Origin: Candidatus Multivoradales bacterium
Lineage (GTDB): Bacteria > Acidobacteriota > Thermoanaerobaculia > Multivoradales > J023
NCBI GenBank assembly: GCA_965248925.1
Contig: CBDFLE010000006.1
Coordinates: forward strand, 288,001 to 352,000
Direction of reading: 5' to 3'
Length of the DNA stretch: 64,000 nt
Part shown: positions 29,420 to 39,930 of the stretch, one piece after another
How the letters are laid out: each line of letters begins with the position of its first letter
Numbering within the stretch: the first letter of the stretch is position 1
The notes under the pieces: generated by a model
What the model saw: only the letters and a program-made list of their open reading frames with translations
What the model was told of the DNA's origin: nothing
The model's database searches: none
Position numbers and translations under genes: made by a program

Positions 29420-31948
29420 CAGACCTCCTGACCTACCCCTCCTAACCCTCTGAAAACACAGGACCGCCCCTCAGAGGTGGTGCGGACCCAAAACTGTCCG
29501 CTTTTTTCGGTGCCGAGGCATGATCGAGCATGGCACTGACGAGCGAGCACACCGTCCTGTTCCCAGACCACGCCGGGGTCCCCGATGGGGTTGTGGTGAT
29601 CAACGACCGCTGCCGCCTCCAGCAGAGGGGCGGCTATCGGGTGGTGGTGGTCAGCGGCATGCCGCTCGCTCACTTCGCTGCCGGCGACAGGACAGGCGAG
29701 GCCCACGCGATGGTGAGTCTCGTTGAATTGGGCTGGGCACAGCAACGCGAGGTGGCCCTTGCGTTCGCTTGTGATGTGCGGACTGTGCGCCGGAATCAGC
29801 GCCGCTTCGAAGAAGGTGGGCTGGCTGCTCTGGGCCGGCCGCGCGGTTTTCCCCGGGGTCAGTCTCGGGTAGCGCAGGGCCGCCTGGACGCGGTCAACGG
29901 CTGGAAGGCCGAGGGTGTGTCGAATCGCGAGATTGGCCGGCGGCTGGGCATCGATGAGAAGGCCGTTCGCAAGCTCGCCAAGCGCCTGGGCTGGAAAGAG
30001 CGGTCGGTAGTGCAGATGACGATGCCCTTCGAGAGTGCGGACCCAAAACTGTCCGGCTCTGATGAGCAGCAGGTCGACGGCCCCCTGAAAACTGCGGATC
30101 TTGCGCTCGACGCTGAGGGTGGCGGTGACCCAGCGGCTGCGGACCCAAAACTGTCCGCTTCTGCGTCCGAGCAAGATCAGGTTCCCCTCTCGCTGGACCT
30201 CGATCCAGCGGATCGCGCCAGCGATCGGCTGCTGGCGAGGCTGGGATTCCTCGATGATGCGGCGCCGATCTTCGGAGCGGCGACCCAGCTACCGGGCGCC
30301 GGTGCTCTGCTGGCGATTCCCGCCCTGGTGGACAGCGGCGTGCTCTCCATCGCGCAGGAGCTGTACGGCAGCATCGGGCCGGCCTTCTATGGGCTGCGCA
30401 CCACTCTGGTAACCCTGCTGCTGATGGCACTGTTGCGGGTCAAGCGACCCGAAGGGCTCAAGGAGCGCTCACCCCGGCATTTGGGTCAGCTTCTCGGGCT
30501 CGACCGAGCGCCGGAAGTGAAAACCTTGCGCAACAAGCTCGCTCGGCTGGCCGCGCATGGCCTGGCCGCGGATCTCGGTCGCGCCCTCGCTCAGCGCCGG
30601 GTCGCCACCAGGGGCCATGCCATGGGCTTCCTCTACGTGGACGGGCATGTGCGCGCCTACCACGGTGGCCGAGAGATTCCCAAGACACACGTAGCGCGGA
30701 TGCGGATCGCGATGCCGGCCACCACCGACTACTGGGTCAACGATGCTGAGAGCGAGCCTCTCTTCGTGGTCCCCACCGAGGCCAACAAGGGGCTTGCGAC
30801 GATGCTTCCCCTCATTCTCGAAGAGGTACGAAAGCTACTCGGAGACCGGCGAGTCACCGTCGTCTTCGACCGTGGGGGTTGGAGCCCGAAGCTGTTTGCG
30901 AAGCTCATCGCCAAGAAGTTCGACATCCTCACATACCGAAAGGCCCCCTTTCGTCCGGTGCCGTTGAGCAAGTTCGGGCAGATCAAGGACACGATCCACG
31001 GTCGGAAGCTCGAGTACCTCCTCGCCGATCAGCGTATCTACCTCGAGTATGGCCCGAGGAAGAAGCGCAAGCGGCTGTACCTGCGCCAGGTCACCCGCCT
31101 CTGCGACAACGGCCACCAGACGTCCATCATCACCTCCCGCCGCGACCTCTCCACACTCGAGGTCGCCTACCGCATGTTCGATCGTTGGAGGCAAGAGAAC
31201 TTCTTCAAATACCTGCGCGAAGAATTCGCACTCGATGCCCTGGTGGACTATGGCACCGAGCCAGCGGACGCCGCCCGCGATGTGCCGAATCCCGAGCGCG
31301 GCAAGATCAATGCAGAGCTGCGCAAAGCTCACGCACATCTCGAGCAGCTCCGGGCCCACATCGGGATCGCTGCTCTTGAAAACCGCGAGGATCGGCGGCG
31401 CACGATGCGCGGATTCAAGATCGCCAACGCCGCCATCTCCGCCAGGGTCCGGGCAGCGATAGAGCAGATCACCGAACTCGAGAACCAGCGCGCGACCCTC
31501 CCCGTCCGCGTCCCCGTCCAAGAGGTCGTCGAAGCGGATGTCATCAAGCTGTCCGTCGAGCGCAAGCACCTCACCGATATTCTCAAGATGGTCGCCTACC
31601 AGGCCGAAGGTGATCTTCTCCGGCTCCTATCACCCCACTACCGCCGCACCGAGCAGGAGGGACGCACCCTGATCCAAAGCGCTTTCGCGGCCGGCGGCGA
31701 TATGGAGGTTACCGACACCGTGCTGCTCCTTTCCATCGACCCGCTCAGCTCTCCCCACAAGACGGCGGCGATCGCCGCCGTCTGCGAAGAACTCAACGCT
31801 ACCGCCACCCACTTCCCCGGCACCGAGCTACGGATGCGGTTCGCGATCAAGAAGGCGCCACCCCGGAGCCTGGCCTTCCCAGGGCCTCGGAACACCTCCG
31901 GAGAGGCTCAACCGGACATTTGAGAAAAAGGGTATGTCAGGAGTTCTG
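29420..31948 (+). mobile_element. 2529-bp IS, copy 2
   Basis: Same IRs as copy 1; GAGTC at 29415-29419 and 31949-31953. Confidence 0.95.
29530..31923 (+). CDS. DDE transposase, copy 2
   Basis: Nearly identical to 24394-26787 (KLSG versus KLSA). Confidence 0.88.
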   Translation: MALTSEHTVLFPDHAGVPDGVVVINDRCRLQQRGGYRVVVVSGMPLAHFAAGDRTGEAHAMVSLVELGWAQQREVALAFACDVRTVRRNQRRFEEGGLAALGRPRGFPRGQSRVAQGRLDAVNGWKAEGVSNREIGRRLGIDEKAVRKLAKRLGWKERSVVQMTMPFESADPKLSGSDEQQVDGPLKTADLALDAEGGGDPAAADPKLSASASEQDQVPLSLDLDPADRASDRLLARLGFLDDAAPIFGAATQLPGAGALLAIPALVDSGVLSIAQELYGSIGPAFYGLRTTLVTLLLMALLRVKRPEGLKERSPRHLGQLLGLDRAPEVKTLRNKLARLAAHGLAADLGRALAQRRVATRGHAMGFLYVDGHVRAYHGGREIPKTHVARMRIAMPATTDYWVNDAESEPLFVVPTEANKGLATMLPLILEEVRKLLGDRRVTVVFDRGGWSPKLFAKLIAKKFDILTYRKAPFRPVPLSKFGQIKDTIHGRKLEYLLADQRIYLEYGPRKKRKRLYLRQVTRLCDNGHQTSIITSRRDLSTLEVAYRMFDRWRQENFFKYLREEFALDALVDYGTEPADAARDVPNPERGKINAELRKAHAHLEQLRAHIGIAALENREDRRRTMRGFKIANAAISARVRAAIEQITELENQRATLPVRVPVQEVVEADVIKLSVERKHLTDILKMVAYQAEGDLLRLLSPHYRRTEQEGRTLIQSAFAAGGDMEVTDTVLLLSIDPLSSPHKTAAIAAVCEELNATATHFPGTELRMRFAIKKAPPRSLAFPGPRNTSGEAQPDI

Positions 31949-33929
31949 GAGTCCACGAAATTACATCGAAGCCTGCCGGATCCAGACTGCTGAACGTCTG
32001 CTGCGCGAGACTGGCCTACGAGTGTGGGAAATCGGTGATCTGGTGGGCTACGACTCGATCGGCACCTTCAGCCGCGCCTTCGAGCGCTGCAATGGTCAAC
32101 GCCCTGGAGCCTTCCGCAAAGAGCAGCAAGATTCTGCGATACAGCCAAGCCAGGCCGAGTTGGCTAGTCCGCAACTTCTCCAGCGTGCGATGGCCGGCAA
32201 GCTCGACCCAGAGCGGGCGGAGGTTCTAATACGAGCCTTGCGTGGACTCTACCCAGCGCCGGAGCCCGACCCCACACCGAGCTTCCCGATGAGCAGCTCA
32301 CTGTTGGAAGAAGGGCTAGCTGAAGCAGTGTGGAAGTCCCTCGCCGGTCTCCCACCTGAACAGCAACTCCAGGGGATCCGTCAAGTCCTATTCCCGACTC
32401 CGGCCCTATTCCAGCTGTTGCTACAACAGAGTCGCGAAGAAGGACGGCGTGATCGACAGCGCGGCGTCGCGCTGGCCGAGCTTGCTCTTGAGAGTCTGCG
32501 GTCGACGACTGACAGCCCAAACACCTCGCTGGAGATCTTGCTCCCCCGAGCCTGGGCTTGGCTGGGAAACGCCAGGCGTCTAGCGCTCGACTTTGATGGC
32601 GCCGAGCGGGCCTTCACCGAAGCCGAGTCGGCCTGGGCCACCTGGGGGCAGGTAGATCGACCGGATATTGAAGGTGAGCTTTACGATCTAAAATCTGCCT
32701 TACGGGCTTTCCAGCGGCGCCTGGACGAAGCGTTGACCCTCTCGAACCGGGCTGTCAAGCTGCTCAGCCAGACGAACAAACCGCTCCTCCTGGTACGCGC
32801 ACTACTACATCGAGCGCATGTTCACGGCTATGCCGGCAAACCTCAGCACGCTCTACCCGACATCACCGAAGCACTGCGACATTTAGATGTAGAGCAGGAA
32901 CCGTACATGGTGCTCTCAGCCTACACAACACTCGGAACCTATGGCCTCGACGCGGGGCTGATATCAGAAGCTGCGGCAATGCTTCCCGCGGCTCGTGAGC
33001 TATGCCAGCGAATCAATCATCGCTTGGCAGAAAATCAGCTCATCTGGATTGAAGCCCGTATGGAGCTGGCGGCCGGGCGCTGGCGACCGAGCGAGCGGCT
33101 TCTCGCGCTCGCTCGGTCAGGATTCCTTACCCAAGGAGAAACAGTACACGCTGCGCTTGTAAGTCTTGATCTTGCGATGCTATATGAGCATCATGGTCAG
33201 CCTGAACGGACTCTGTCCCTGGCTATGGAAACCATTCCCGTGTTCGAGCGATTACGGATCCACCGAGAAGCTGCCGCCGCATTGCGGCTGCTGCACCGCG
33301 CGGCACAGCAAGAGCGCCTCACTCGTTCCGTCTTGCAGCAGCTGCGCAGCTACTTAAGCTGTCTGCCTCCAACGCCGGATCCCGGTTAAGCATCTTCAAC
33401 CGTGGGGGTCTATTGCTGGGCCGAACTCCTGTGGATTGACTACTCGGCCGCTGCGTGGCCTCGCCAAGCTTGATCCCTGGGTCCGCGGTTCAGAATTCCT
33501 CATCGCTCGCTCCTTTTCCAACAGGTTTCGCTGAAAACGTTGGAGGGAGCCTACAAGGGCAACAAGAAATATGAGCAAGAGTCTTGCCCAAAAGAGCGAT
33601 CCGACCAAAGAATCTGCCCAAGCATTCTGAACTAGTGGATTGGGCTCCCACCGCACTGCCCATTCAACGCCAACTCGAAGTGAAGAAAGAACGCTGCCCA
33701 GGCAAACTGCCTGGATTTAAGAACCTGGCTTGAAAACTACCCAGGCGCCACGCCTGTGCCCCAACACTCTCTAGATGGAAGACTTCCTTCAGCTGAGGCA
33801 ATCACTGGGGTCTCTTCATTCCGATTCTCCTCCCGTTGGCGGTTGAATTGGCACGGGTCCTCTCTCGCCACTTCGACTGCCAACTTCTTTTTCAGAAGAT
33901 GCCGCTGGCCCAGCAACGAGGAAGAACCG

Positions 33930-34376
33930 ATGACGCAGTTCAATCCTAAAATAGGCCACCTATCCGACCTGCTATACGCGGCGGAAGAGCAAGGTCAGAA
34001 GATCTCTAGTCTGGTCTGGTACCTGATCGGCCGCGATCCACTAACCGCACCGCTGCGCACCGATCTACTAGTTCTGGCAGCGGACGCTCAAATCAAGGTC
34101 GGCAGTCGTCATTGGAGCCTCTCGGCGCTGGTCCTCAATCAACAAGTCGATCACCTGCTGGCAGCGGACGGTCGCACCTGGAAAAGCTCCCACGATCTGC
34201 TCGACCCTTACCGCGAGCAAGGTGTCGACTACGTTGGCTTGATTGCCACGCTCGACGCGCGCATCGCCCGGTTTCGCGGCGACGGTCGCCGCATGCGTCA
34301 GATCCGCCGGCGACTGCTCAGCGAGGTCAACAAGAAATCTCAAGTATGGGCCACGAGATCTCCAGCGGCAGAATAA
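33930..34376 (+). CDS. Hypothetical protein
   Basis: GAGGAAG before ATG 33930 (MTQFNPKIGHL...); plausible globular composition, no family recognised. Confidence 0.5.
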   Translation: MTQFNPKIGHLSDLLYAAEEQGQKISSLVWYLIGRDPLTAPLRTDLLVLAADAQIKVGSRHWSLSALVLNQQVDHLLAADGRTWKSSHDLLDPYREQGVDYVGLIATLDARIARFRGDGRRMRQIRRRLLSEVNKKSQVWATRSPAAE

Positions 34377-34557
34377 TGAGCAACTATCATCACCAAAGTT
34401 TCTACGCCAACCGTAGCAAGCCAACGGCAGGTCTTCGCTGCACAAACCCGAAGCGCATGAAGGAACCAGCCGAGGCCGGCAGCTTAGAAATCCTCACACT
34501 TCAAGATCCCTAGCGCGGCGCAACGTGATAACGCAACTCGAACACAATTCCGGAATC

Positions 34558-37086
34558 CAGAACTCCTGACATACCCTTTTTCTCAAATGTCCGGTTGAGC
34601 CTCTCCGGAGGTGTTCCGAGGCCCTGGGAAGGCCAGGCTCCGGGGTGGCGCCTTCTTGATCGCGAACCGCATCCGTAGCTCGGTGCCGGGGAAGTGGGTG
34701 GCGGTAGCGTTGAGTTCTTCGCAGACGGCGGCGATCGCCGCCGTCTTGTGGGGAGAGCTGAGCGGGTCGATGGAAAGGAGCAGCACGGTGTCGGTAACCT
34801 CCATATCGCCGCCGGCCGCGAAAGCGCTTTGGATCAGGGTGCGTCCCTCCTGCTCGGTGCGGCGGTAGTGGGGTGATAGGAGCCGGAGAAGATCACCTTC
34901 GGCCTGGTAGGCGACCATCTTGAGAATATCGGTGAGGTGCTTGCGCTCGACGGACAGCTTGATGACATCCGCTTCGACGACCTCTTGGACGGGGACGCGG
35001 ACGGGGAGGGTCGCGCGCTGGTTCTCGAGTTCGGTGATCTGCTCTATCGCTGCCCGGACCCTGGCGGAGATGGCGGCGTTGGCGATCTTGAATCCGCGCA
35101 TCGTGCGCCGCCGATCCTCGCGGTTTTCAAGAGCAGCGATCCCGATGTGGGCCCGGAGCTGCTCGAGATGTGCGTGAGCTTTGCGCAGCTCTGCATTGAT
35201 CTTGCCGCGCTCGGGATTCGGCACATCGCGGGCAGCGTCCGCTGGCTCGGTGCCATAGTCCACCAGGGCATCGAGTGCGAATTCTTCGCGCAGGTATTTG
35301 AAGAAGTTCTCTTGCCTCCAACGATCGAACATGCGGTAGGCGACCTCGAGTGTGGAGAGGTCGCGGCGGGAGGTGATGATGGACGTCTGGTGGCCGTTGT
35401 CGCAGAGGCGGGTGACCTGGCGCAGGTACAGCCGCTTGCGCTTCTTCCTCGGGCCATACTCGAGGTAGATACGCTGATCGGCGAGGAGGTACTCGAGCTT
35501 CCGCCCGTGGATCGTGTCCTTGATCTGCCCGAACTTGCTCAACGGCACCGGACGAAAGGGGGCCTTTCGGTATGTGAGGATGTCGAACTTCTTGGCGATG
35601 AGCTTCGCAAACAGCTTCGGGCTCCAACCCCCACGGTCGAAGACGACGGTGACTCGCCGGTCTCCGAGTAGCTTTCGTACCTCTTCGAGAATGAGGGGAA
35701 GCATCGTCGCAAGCCCCTTGTTGGCCTCGGTGGGGACCACGAAGAGAGGCTCGCTCTCAGCATCGTTGACCCAGTAGTCGGTGGTGGCCGGCATCGCGAT
35801 CCGCATCCGCGCTACGTGTGTCTTGGGAATCTCTCGGCCACCGTGGTAGGCGCGCACATGCCCGTCCACGTAGAGGAAGCCCATGGCATGGCCCCTGGTG
35901 GCGACCCGGCGCTGAGCGAGGGCGCGACCGAGATCCGCGGCCAGGCCATGCGCGGCCAGCCGAGCGAGCTTGTTGCGCAAGGTTTTCACTTCCGGCGCTC
36001 GGTCGAGCCCGAGAAGCTGACCCAAATGCCGGGGTGAGCGCTCCTTGAGCCCTTCGGGTCGCTTGACCCGCAACAGTGCCATCAGCAGCAGGGTTACCAG
36101 AGTGGTGCGCAGCCCATAGAAGGCCGGCCCGATGCTGCCGTACAGCTCCTGCGCGATGGAGAGCACGCCGCTGTCCACCAGGGCGGGAATCGCCAGCAGA
36201 GCACCGGCGCCCGGTAGCTGGGTCGCCGCTCCGAAGATCGGCGCCGCATCATCGAGGAATCCCAGCCTCGCCAGCAGCCGATCGCTGGCGCGATCCGCTG
36301 GATCGAGGTCCAGCGAGAGGGGAACCTGATCTTGCTCGGACGCAGAAGCGGACAGTTTTGGGTCCGCAGCCGCTGGGTCACCGCCACCCTCAGCGTCGAG
36401 CGCAAGATCCGCAGTTTTCAGGGGGCCGTCGACCTGCTGCTCATCAGAGGCGGACAGTTTTGGGTCCGCACTCTCGAAGGGCATCGTCATCTGCACTACC
36501 GACCGCTCTTTCCAGCCCAGGCGCTTGGCGAGCTTGCGAACGGCCTTCTCATCGATGCCCAGCCGCCGGCCAATCTCGCGATTCGACACACCCTCGGCCT
36601 TCCAGCCGTTGACCGCGTCCAGGCGGCCCTGCGCTACCCGAGACTGACCCCGGGGAAAACCGCGCGGCCGGCCCAGAGCAGCCAGCCCACCTTCTTCGAA
36701 GCGGCGCTGATTCCGGCGCACAGTCCGCACATCACAAGCGAACGCAAGGGCCACCTCGCGTTGCTGTGCCCAGCCCAATTCAACGAGACTCACCATCGCG
36801 TGGGCCTCGCCTGTCCTGTCGCCGGCAGCGAAGTGAGCGAGCGGCATGCCGCTGACCACCACCACCCGATAGCCGCCCCTCTGCCGGAGGCGGCAGCGGT
36901 CGTTGATCACCACAACCCCATCGGGGACCCCGGCGTGGTCTGGGAACAGGACGGTGTGCTCGCTCGTCAGTGCCATGCTCGATCATGCCTCGGCACCGAA
37001 AAAAGCGGACAGTTTTGGGTCCGCACCACCTCTGAGGGGCGGTCCTGTGTTTTCAGAGGGTTAGGAGGGGTAGGTCAGGAGGTCTG
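34558..37086 (-). mobile_element. 2529-bp IS, copy 3 (inverted)
   Basis: Same IRs; flanks GAATC (34553-34557) and GACTC (37087-37091) are both GANTC but not identical. Confidence 0.95.
34583..36976 (-). CDS. DDE transposase, copy 3
   Basis: Nearly identical to copy 1 (RLRQ versus RLQQ). Confidence 0.88.
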   Translation of the reverse strand: MALTSEHTVLFPDHAGVPDGVVVINDRCRLRQRGGYRVVVVSGMPLAHFAAGDRTGEAHAMVSLVELGWAQQREVALAFACDVRTVRRNQRRFEEGGLAALGRPRGFPRGQSRVAQGRLDAVNGWKAEGVSNREIGRRLGIDEKAVRKLAKRLGWKERSVVQMTMPFESADPKLSASDEQQVDGPLKTADLALDAEGGGDPAAADPKLSASASEQDQVPLSLDLDPADRASDRLLARLGFLDDAAPIFGAATQLPGAGALLAIPALVDSGVLSIAQELYGSIGPAFYGLRTTLVTLLLMALLRVKRPEGLKERSPRHLGQLLGLDRAPEVKTLRNKLARLAAHGLAADLGRALAQRRVATRGHAMGFLYVDGHVRAYHGGREIPKTHVARMRIAMPATTDYWVNDAESEPLFVVPTEANKGLATMLPLILEEVRKLLGDRRVTVVFDRGGWSPKLFAKLIAKKFDILTYRKAPFRPVPLSKFGQIKDTIHGRKLEYLLADQRIYLEYGPRKKRKRLYLRQVTRLCDNGHQTSIITSRRDLSTLEVAYRMFDRWRQENFFKYLREEFALDALVDYGTEPADAARDVPNPERGKINAELRKAHAHLEQLRAHIGIAALENREDRRRTMRGFKIANAAISARVRAAIEQITELENQRATLPVRVPVQEVVEADVIKLSVERKHLTDILKMVAYQAEGDLLRLLSPHYRRTEQEGRTLIQSAFAAGGDMEVTDTVLLLSIDPLSSPHKTAAIAAVCEELNATATHFPGTELRMRFAIKKAPPRSLAFPGPRNTSGEAQPDI

Positions 37087-37115
37087 GACTCCAACTCTCA
37101 GGAGGTTACAGTCAC

Positions 37116-37337
37116 ATGAAAAAAGTAGCTCTACTCGCAGTGCTTATGCTACTGTTCATTCCGACTCAGGGATTCGCCAGCCAATGTACGCCAAGTGGCG
37201 AGTGCCTAGACTTCATCGTCGTTGACGACATTATCGTGCCGGGCGGAGGTGGCCAAATCGTTTGCCACCAAGTCACCACCGTGTACTTCCTCTCGAACGG
37301 CACTACGGTGATCGTCACCGAGGTGACGTGCTACTGA
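37116..37337 (+). CDS. Small secreted protein with four Cys
   Basis: AGGAGG RBS; signal peptide MKKVALLAVLMLLFIPTQGFA; mature part about 52 aa and beta-rich. Confidence 0.7.
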   Translation: MKKVALLAVLMLLFIPTQGFASQCTPSGECLDFIVVDDIIVPGGGGQIVCHQVTTVYFLSNGTTVIVTEVTCY

Positions 37338-37451
37338 CCGCTATAGCGTTGACCTTGCAAATTAGATAGCATACCATTGCGCTGCGCCGTGCAATAGGTA
37401 TAACCCGTCACTTTGGAATTACGACTTTCGCAGTCTAGTCCAACGAAAACC

Positions 37452-38228
37452 ATGGCAACCCTGATAACATCGGCCAGACTCGGAAGCATTCTCGCTGTTA
37501 TTCTGGTGACGATGGCACCCATCGACGCCTTCGCCGGAAATGGCCCGACAGCCGCCAAGATGACCAAGATTGAGGGTTTCCTACAGCAGGGTGAATGGAA
37601 AAAAGCACGACGCGCCGTACACCGGCTAGAGCTGGACCTCATCGAATCAAGTGCAGAGCGAGAAGTGAGTGTGATCGCGGTAGGACACCTCGCCGCGCTG
37701 AAGGCAATCACCCTTGCCGGAACTGGCGAGAGCGCTGACGCGACTTGGATGTGGCACAGCGCGCAGAATCTATCACCTAGGGTCGGCAACTTCGACCTAT
37801 CTGTTTTCCCAGAGTCAGTCAGCAAGACCCTTAAAGGGCAGTTGCTGAGAACGCTGACGGAAGCCCTGGATTCATCCGACCTTGGGGAGTCCACCTCGGG
37901 TGGGGAGACGCGCGCAGACCTGCAATCTCAGGCTCTGTGTGCCATGATTCAACAGAAGAGAAAGGCCCCTCGTCAAGACAAAGAGGCTGCCCTTCTCATG
38001 GCCTCCATTGTGCAGCTTGGCATTGGAGGATCTCTGAATTTCTATGCCGAGGTACTGGCGGACGGTTCCCTATCACGGCCGGTCGTACGCGAGATGTTGG
38101 GCCCGCCTATTTTTTCCTATGTCGTTTTCAACACCTATTCCAGATGCCGATACAGCCCTGGGATGAGAGATGTCTCCGATAAATGGACACTTGTCTCTTT
38201 CAGCCTCGATCCACGTAAGGACATCTAG
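37452..38228 (+). CDS. Exported protein, possible TonB C-terminal-like domain
   Basis: Signal-like N-terminus ending IDAFA; FYAEVLADGSLSRPVV...RYSPG loosely resembles TonB_C. Confidence 0.5.
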   Translation: MATLITSARLGSILAVILVTMAPIDAFAGNGPTAAKMTKIEGFLQQGEWKKARRAVHRLELDLIESSAEREVSVIAVGHLAALKAITLAGTGESADATWMWHSAQNLSPRVGNFDLSVFPESVSKTLKGQLLRTLTEALDSSDLGESTSGGETRADLQSQALCAMIQQKRKAPRQDKEAALLMASIVQLGIGGSLNFYAEVLADGSLSRPVVREMLGPPIFSYVVFNTYSRCRYSPGMRDVSDKWTLVSFSLDPRKDI

Positions 38229-38433
38229 GATCTACCGGCAAATAGCTGGATCTGCCGTCATCAAGCTGCAATCGACAGGCTCAAGATGATCCATTTTCTC
38301 ACCCTCTTTCTCGGCCTGCTGACTGGCCCCCAGAATATCAGTATCGCCGTTTCCTCCCCTGACGTGGCGAGCGTCGAGCTCCGCCTCGACGGCGAGAGCT
38401 GTGGCATCGACTACGATGCACCATGGACCCTAG

Positions 38434-39930
38434 CAGCCCGTGGTGAAAGTCCCGATTACGGCCGTCTTGGCGATCTTCCCTGGTAGAATCTTTCCACCCG
38501 AGGGAGGTAGCGACCATGGCGATGGGCAGGCGAAGCAAACGAAGACAGCGGCAGCTCTGGGTGGAAACCCAGGCGCTGGCCAAGTCCCCAGGACATCCTT
38601 TCTACGAGCGTCTGTCCAAGATTCTCGACAAGCACGGTTTCGATCGCTTTATCGAGGAGCAGTGCGCGAGGTTTTACGCTACGAGGATGGGACGGCCTTC
38701 GCTGGCGCCCGCGGTGTATTTTCGGTTGCTGTTGATCGGCTTCTTCGAGGGTATCGACTCTGAGCGAGGTATCGCATGGCGGCTTGCGGATTCGATGACT
38801 CTGCGCGACTTTCTGGGCTTCGAACTCTCGGACCAGACCCCGGACCATTCGACGCTCTCTCGGACCCGTCGCCTGATCGATCTCGAGACCCATGAGGCGG
38901 TGTTTGCTTGGGCTTTGCAAGTACTGGCGAAGGCTGGCTTGCTCCGGGGAAAGACGCTGGGCATCGATGCGACGACCCTCGAGGCGAACGCGGCGATGCG
39001 CAGCATCGTGCGTCGAGACTCGGGCGAGAGCTACGAAGAGTTTCTCACGCGCCTGGCCGAGGCTTCGGGTGTGGAGACCCCGACGCGAGCGGATCTGGCG
39101 CGTTTTGACCGCCAAAGGAAGAACAAAAAGACGTCGAACGGCGACTGGAAGAACCCCCACGATCCCGACGCCAAAGTCACGCGAATGAAGGATGGGCGGA
39201 CGCATCTGGCGCACAAAGCCGAGCATGCGGTGGATATGGAGACGGGTGCGGTTGTGGCGGTGACGGTGCAACCTGCAGACCGAGGGGACACGTCGAGCCT
39301 AGAGCGGACGTTGGATGAAGTCGCTGCGGTGCTGGAAGATGTCGTTGAGGATTCGGAGGCTGGCGATCACTTGAGCGAGAAAGTCCGTTCAGAGCTGGTG
39401 GCTGACAAGGGCTATCACAGTAACGCGGTCATGAAGGCACAGCGTCAAGGGAAGATTCGAACCTATATTTCGGAACCGGATCGAGGCCGACGCAACTGGT
39501 GCGGCAAAGAGGCGGAGAAGCAAGCGGTGTATGCCAACCGTCGACGGATCAAGGGTCGTCGAGGCCGCGAGCTGTCGCGGCGTCGAGGAGAGAAAGTAGA
39601 ACGCACCTTTGCCCATTGCTACGAGACTGGCGGTATGAGAAGGACCCACCTTCGAGGTCACGACAACATCCGCAAAAGGTTGCTGATTCACATCGCGGGA
39701 TTCAATCTTGGGCTGCTGCTTCGTCAAATGTATGGAGCCGGCACTCCACGGGCCCTTCAGGGCTTTCTTTCGGCTCTCGAACAGGGCTTTCGCGCCGTAT
39801 ATAGCTTGCTGAGCTGGCTTCTGCCGCACGAGAGCGGATATTGGCCACTAAGATCTTCGATCAGACCACCTGCGCCGGCTGGCCTCAATTTAGGCCACAT
39901 TTTGTAGAAACGGACTTCTGCCACGGGCTG
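38434..39930 (+). mobile_element. IS5/IS1182-like element, 1497 bp
   Basis: IRs CAGCCCGTGGTGAAAGTCC / GGACTTCTGCCACGGGCTG; CTAG target duplication. Confidence 0.93.
38516..39907 (+). CDS. IS5/IS1182-like DDE transposase
   Basis: GRPSLAP, PDHSTLSR, GIDATTLEANA, VADKGY and KVERTFA. Confidence 0.92.
   Translation: MAMGRRSKRRQRQLWVETQALAKSPGHPFYERLSKILDKHGFDRFIEEQCARFYATRMGRPSLAPAVYFRLLLIGFFEGIDSERGIAWRLADSMTLRDFLGFELSDQTPDHSTLSRTRRLIDLETHEAVFAWALQVLAKAGLLRGKTLGIDATTLEANAAMRSIVRRDSGESYEEFLTRLAEASGVETPTRADLARFDRQRKNKKTSNGDWKNPHDPDAKVTRMKDGRTHLAHKAEHAVDMETGAVVAVTVQPADRGDTSSLERTLDEVAAVLEDVVEDSEAGDHLSEKVRSELVADKGYHSNAVMKAQRQGKIRTYISEPDRGRRNWCGKEAEKQAVYANRRRIKGRRGRELSRRRGEKVERTFAHCYETGGMRRTHLRGHDNIRKRLLIHIAGFNLGLLLRQMYGAGTPRALQGFLSALEQGFRAVYSLLSWLLPHESGYWPLRSSIRPPAPAGLNLGHIL

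Larger units (their letters stand above)
29194..33389 (+). pseudogene. AraC-HTH plus TPR regulator interrupted by IS copy 2
   Basis: Removing the IS and one GAGTC restores FSAALGLSP-RNYIEACRIQTAERLLRETGLRVWEIGDLVGYDSIGTFSRAF in frame; TPR-like C-terminus. Confidence 0.88.

Noticed and set aside
31920-33389. Independent intact 489-aa gene; likewise 39841-41097
   Set aside because: Both are 3' halves of IS-interrupted genes whose apparent starts lie inside the IS ends.
24284-37086. CRISPR-associated transposon or composite transposon
   Set aside because: No TnsABC/TniQ or TnpB. Copies 1 and 2 each have their own target duplication, indicating independent insertions.
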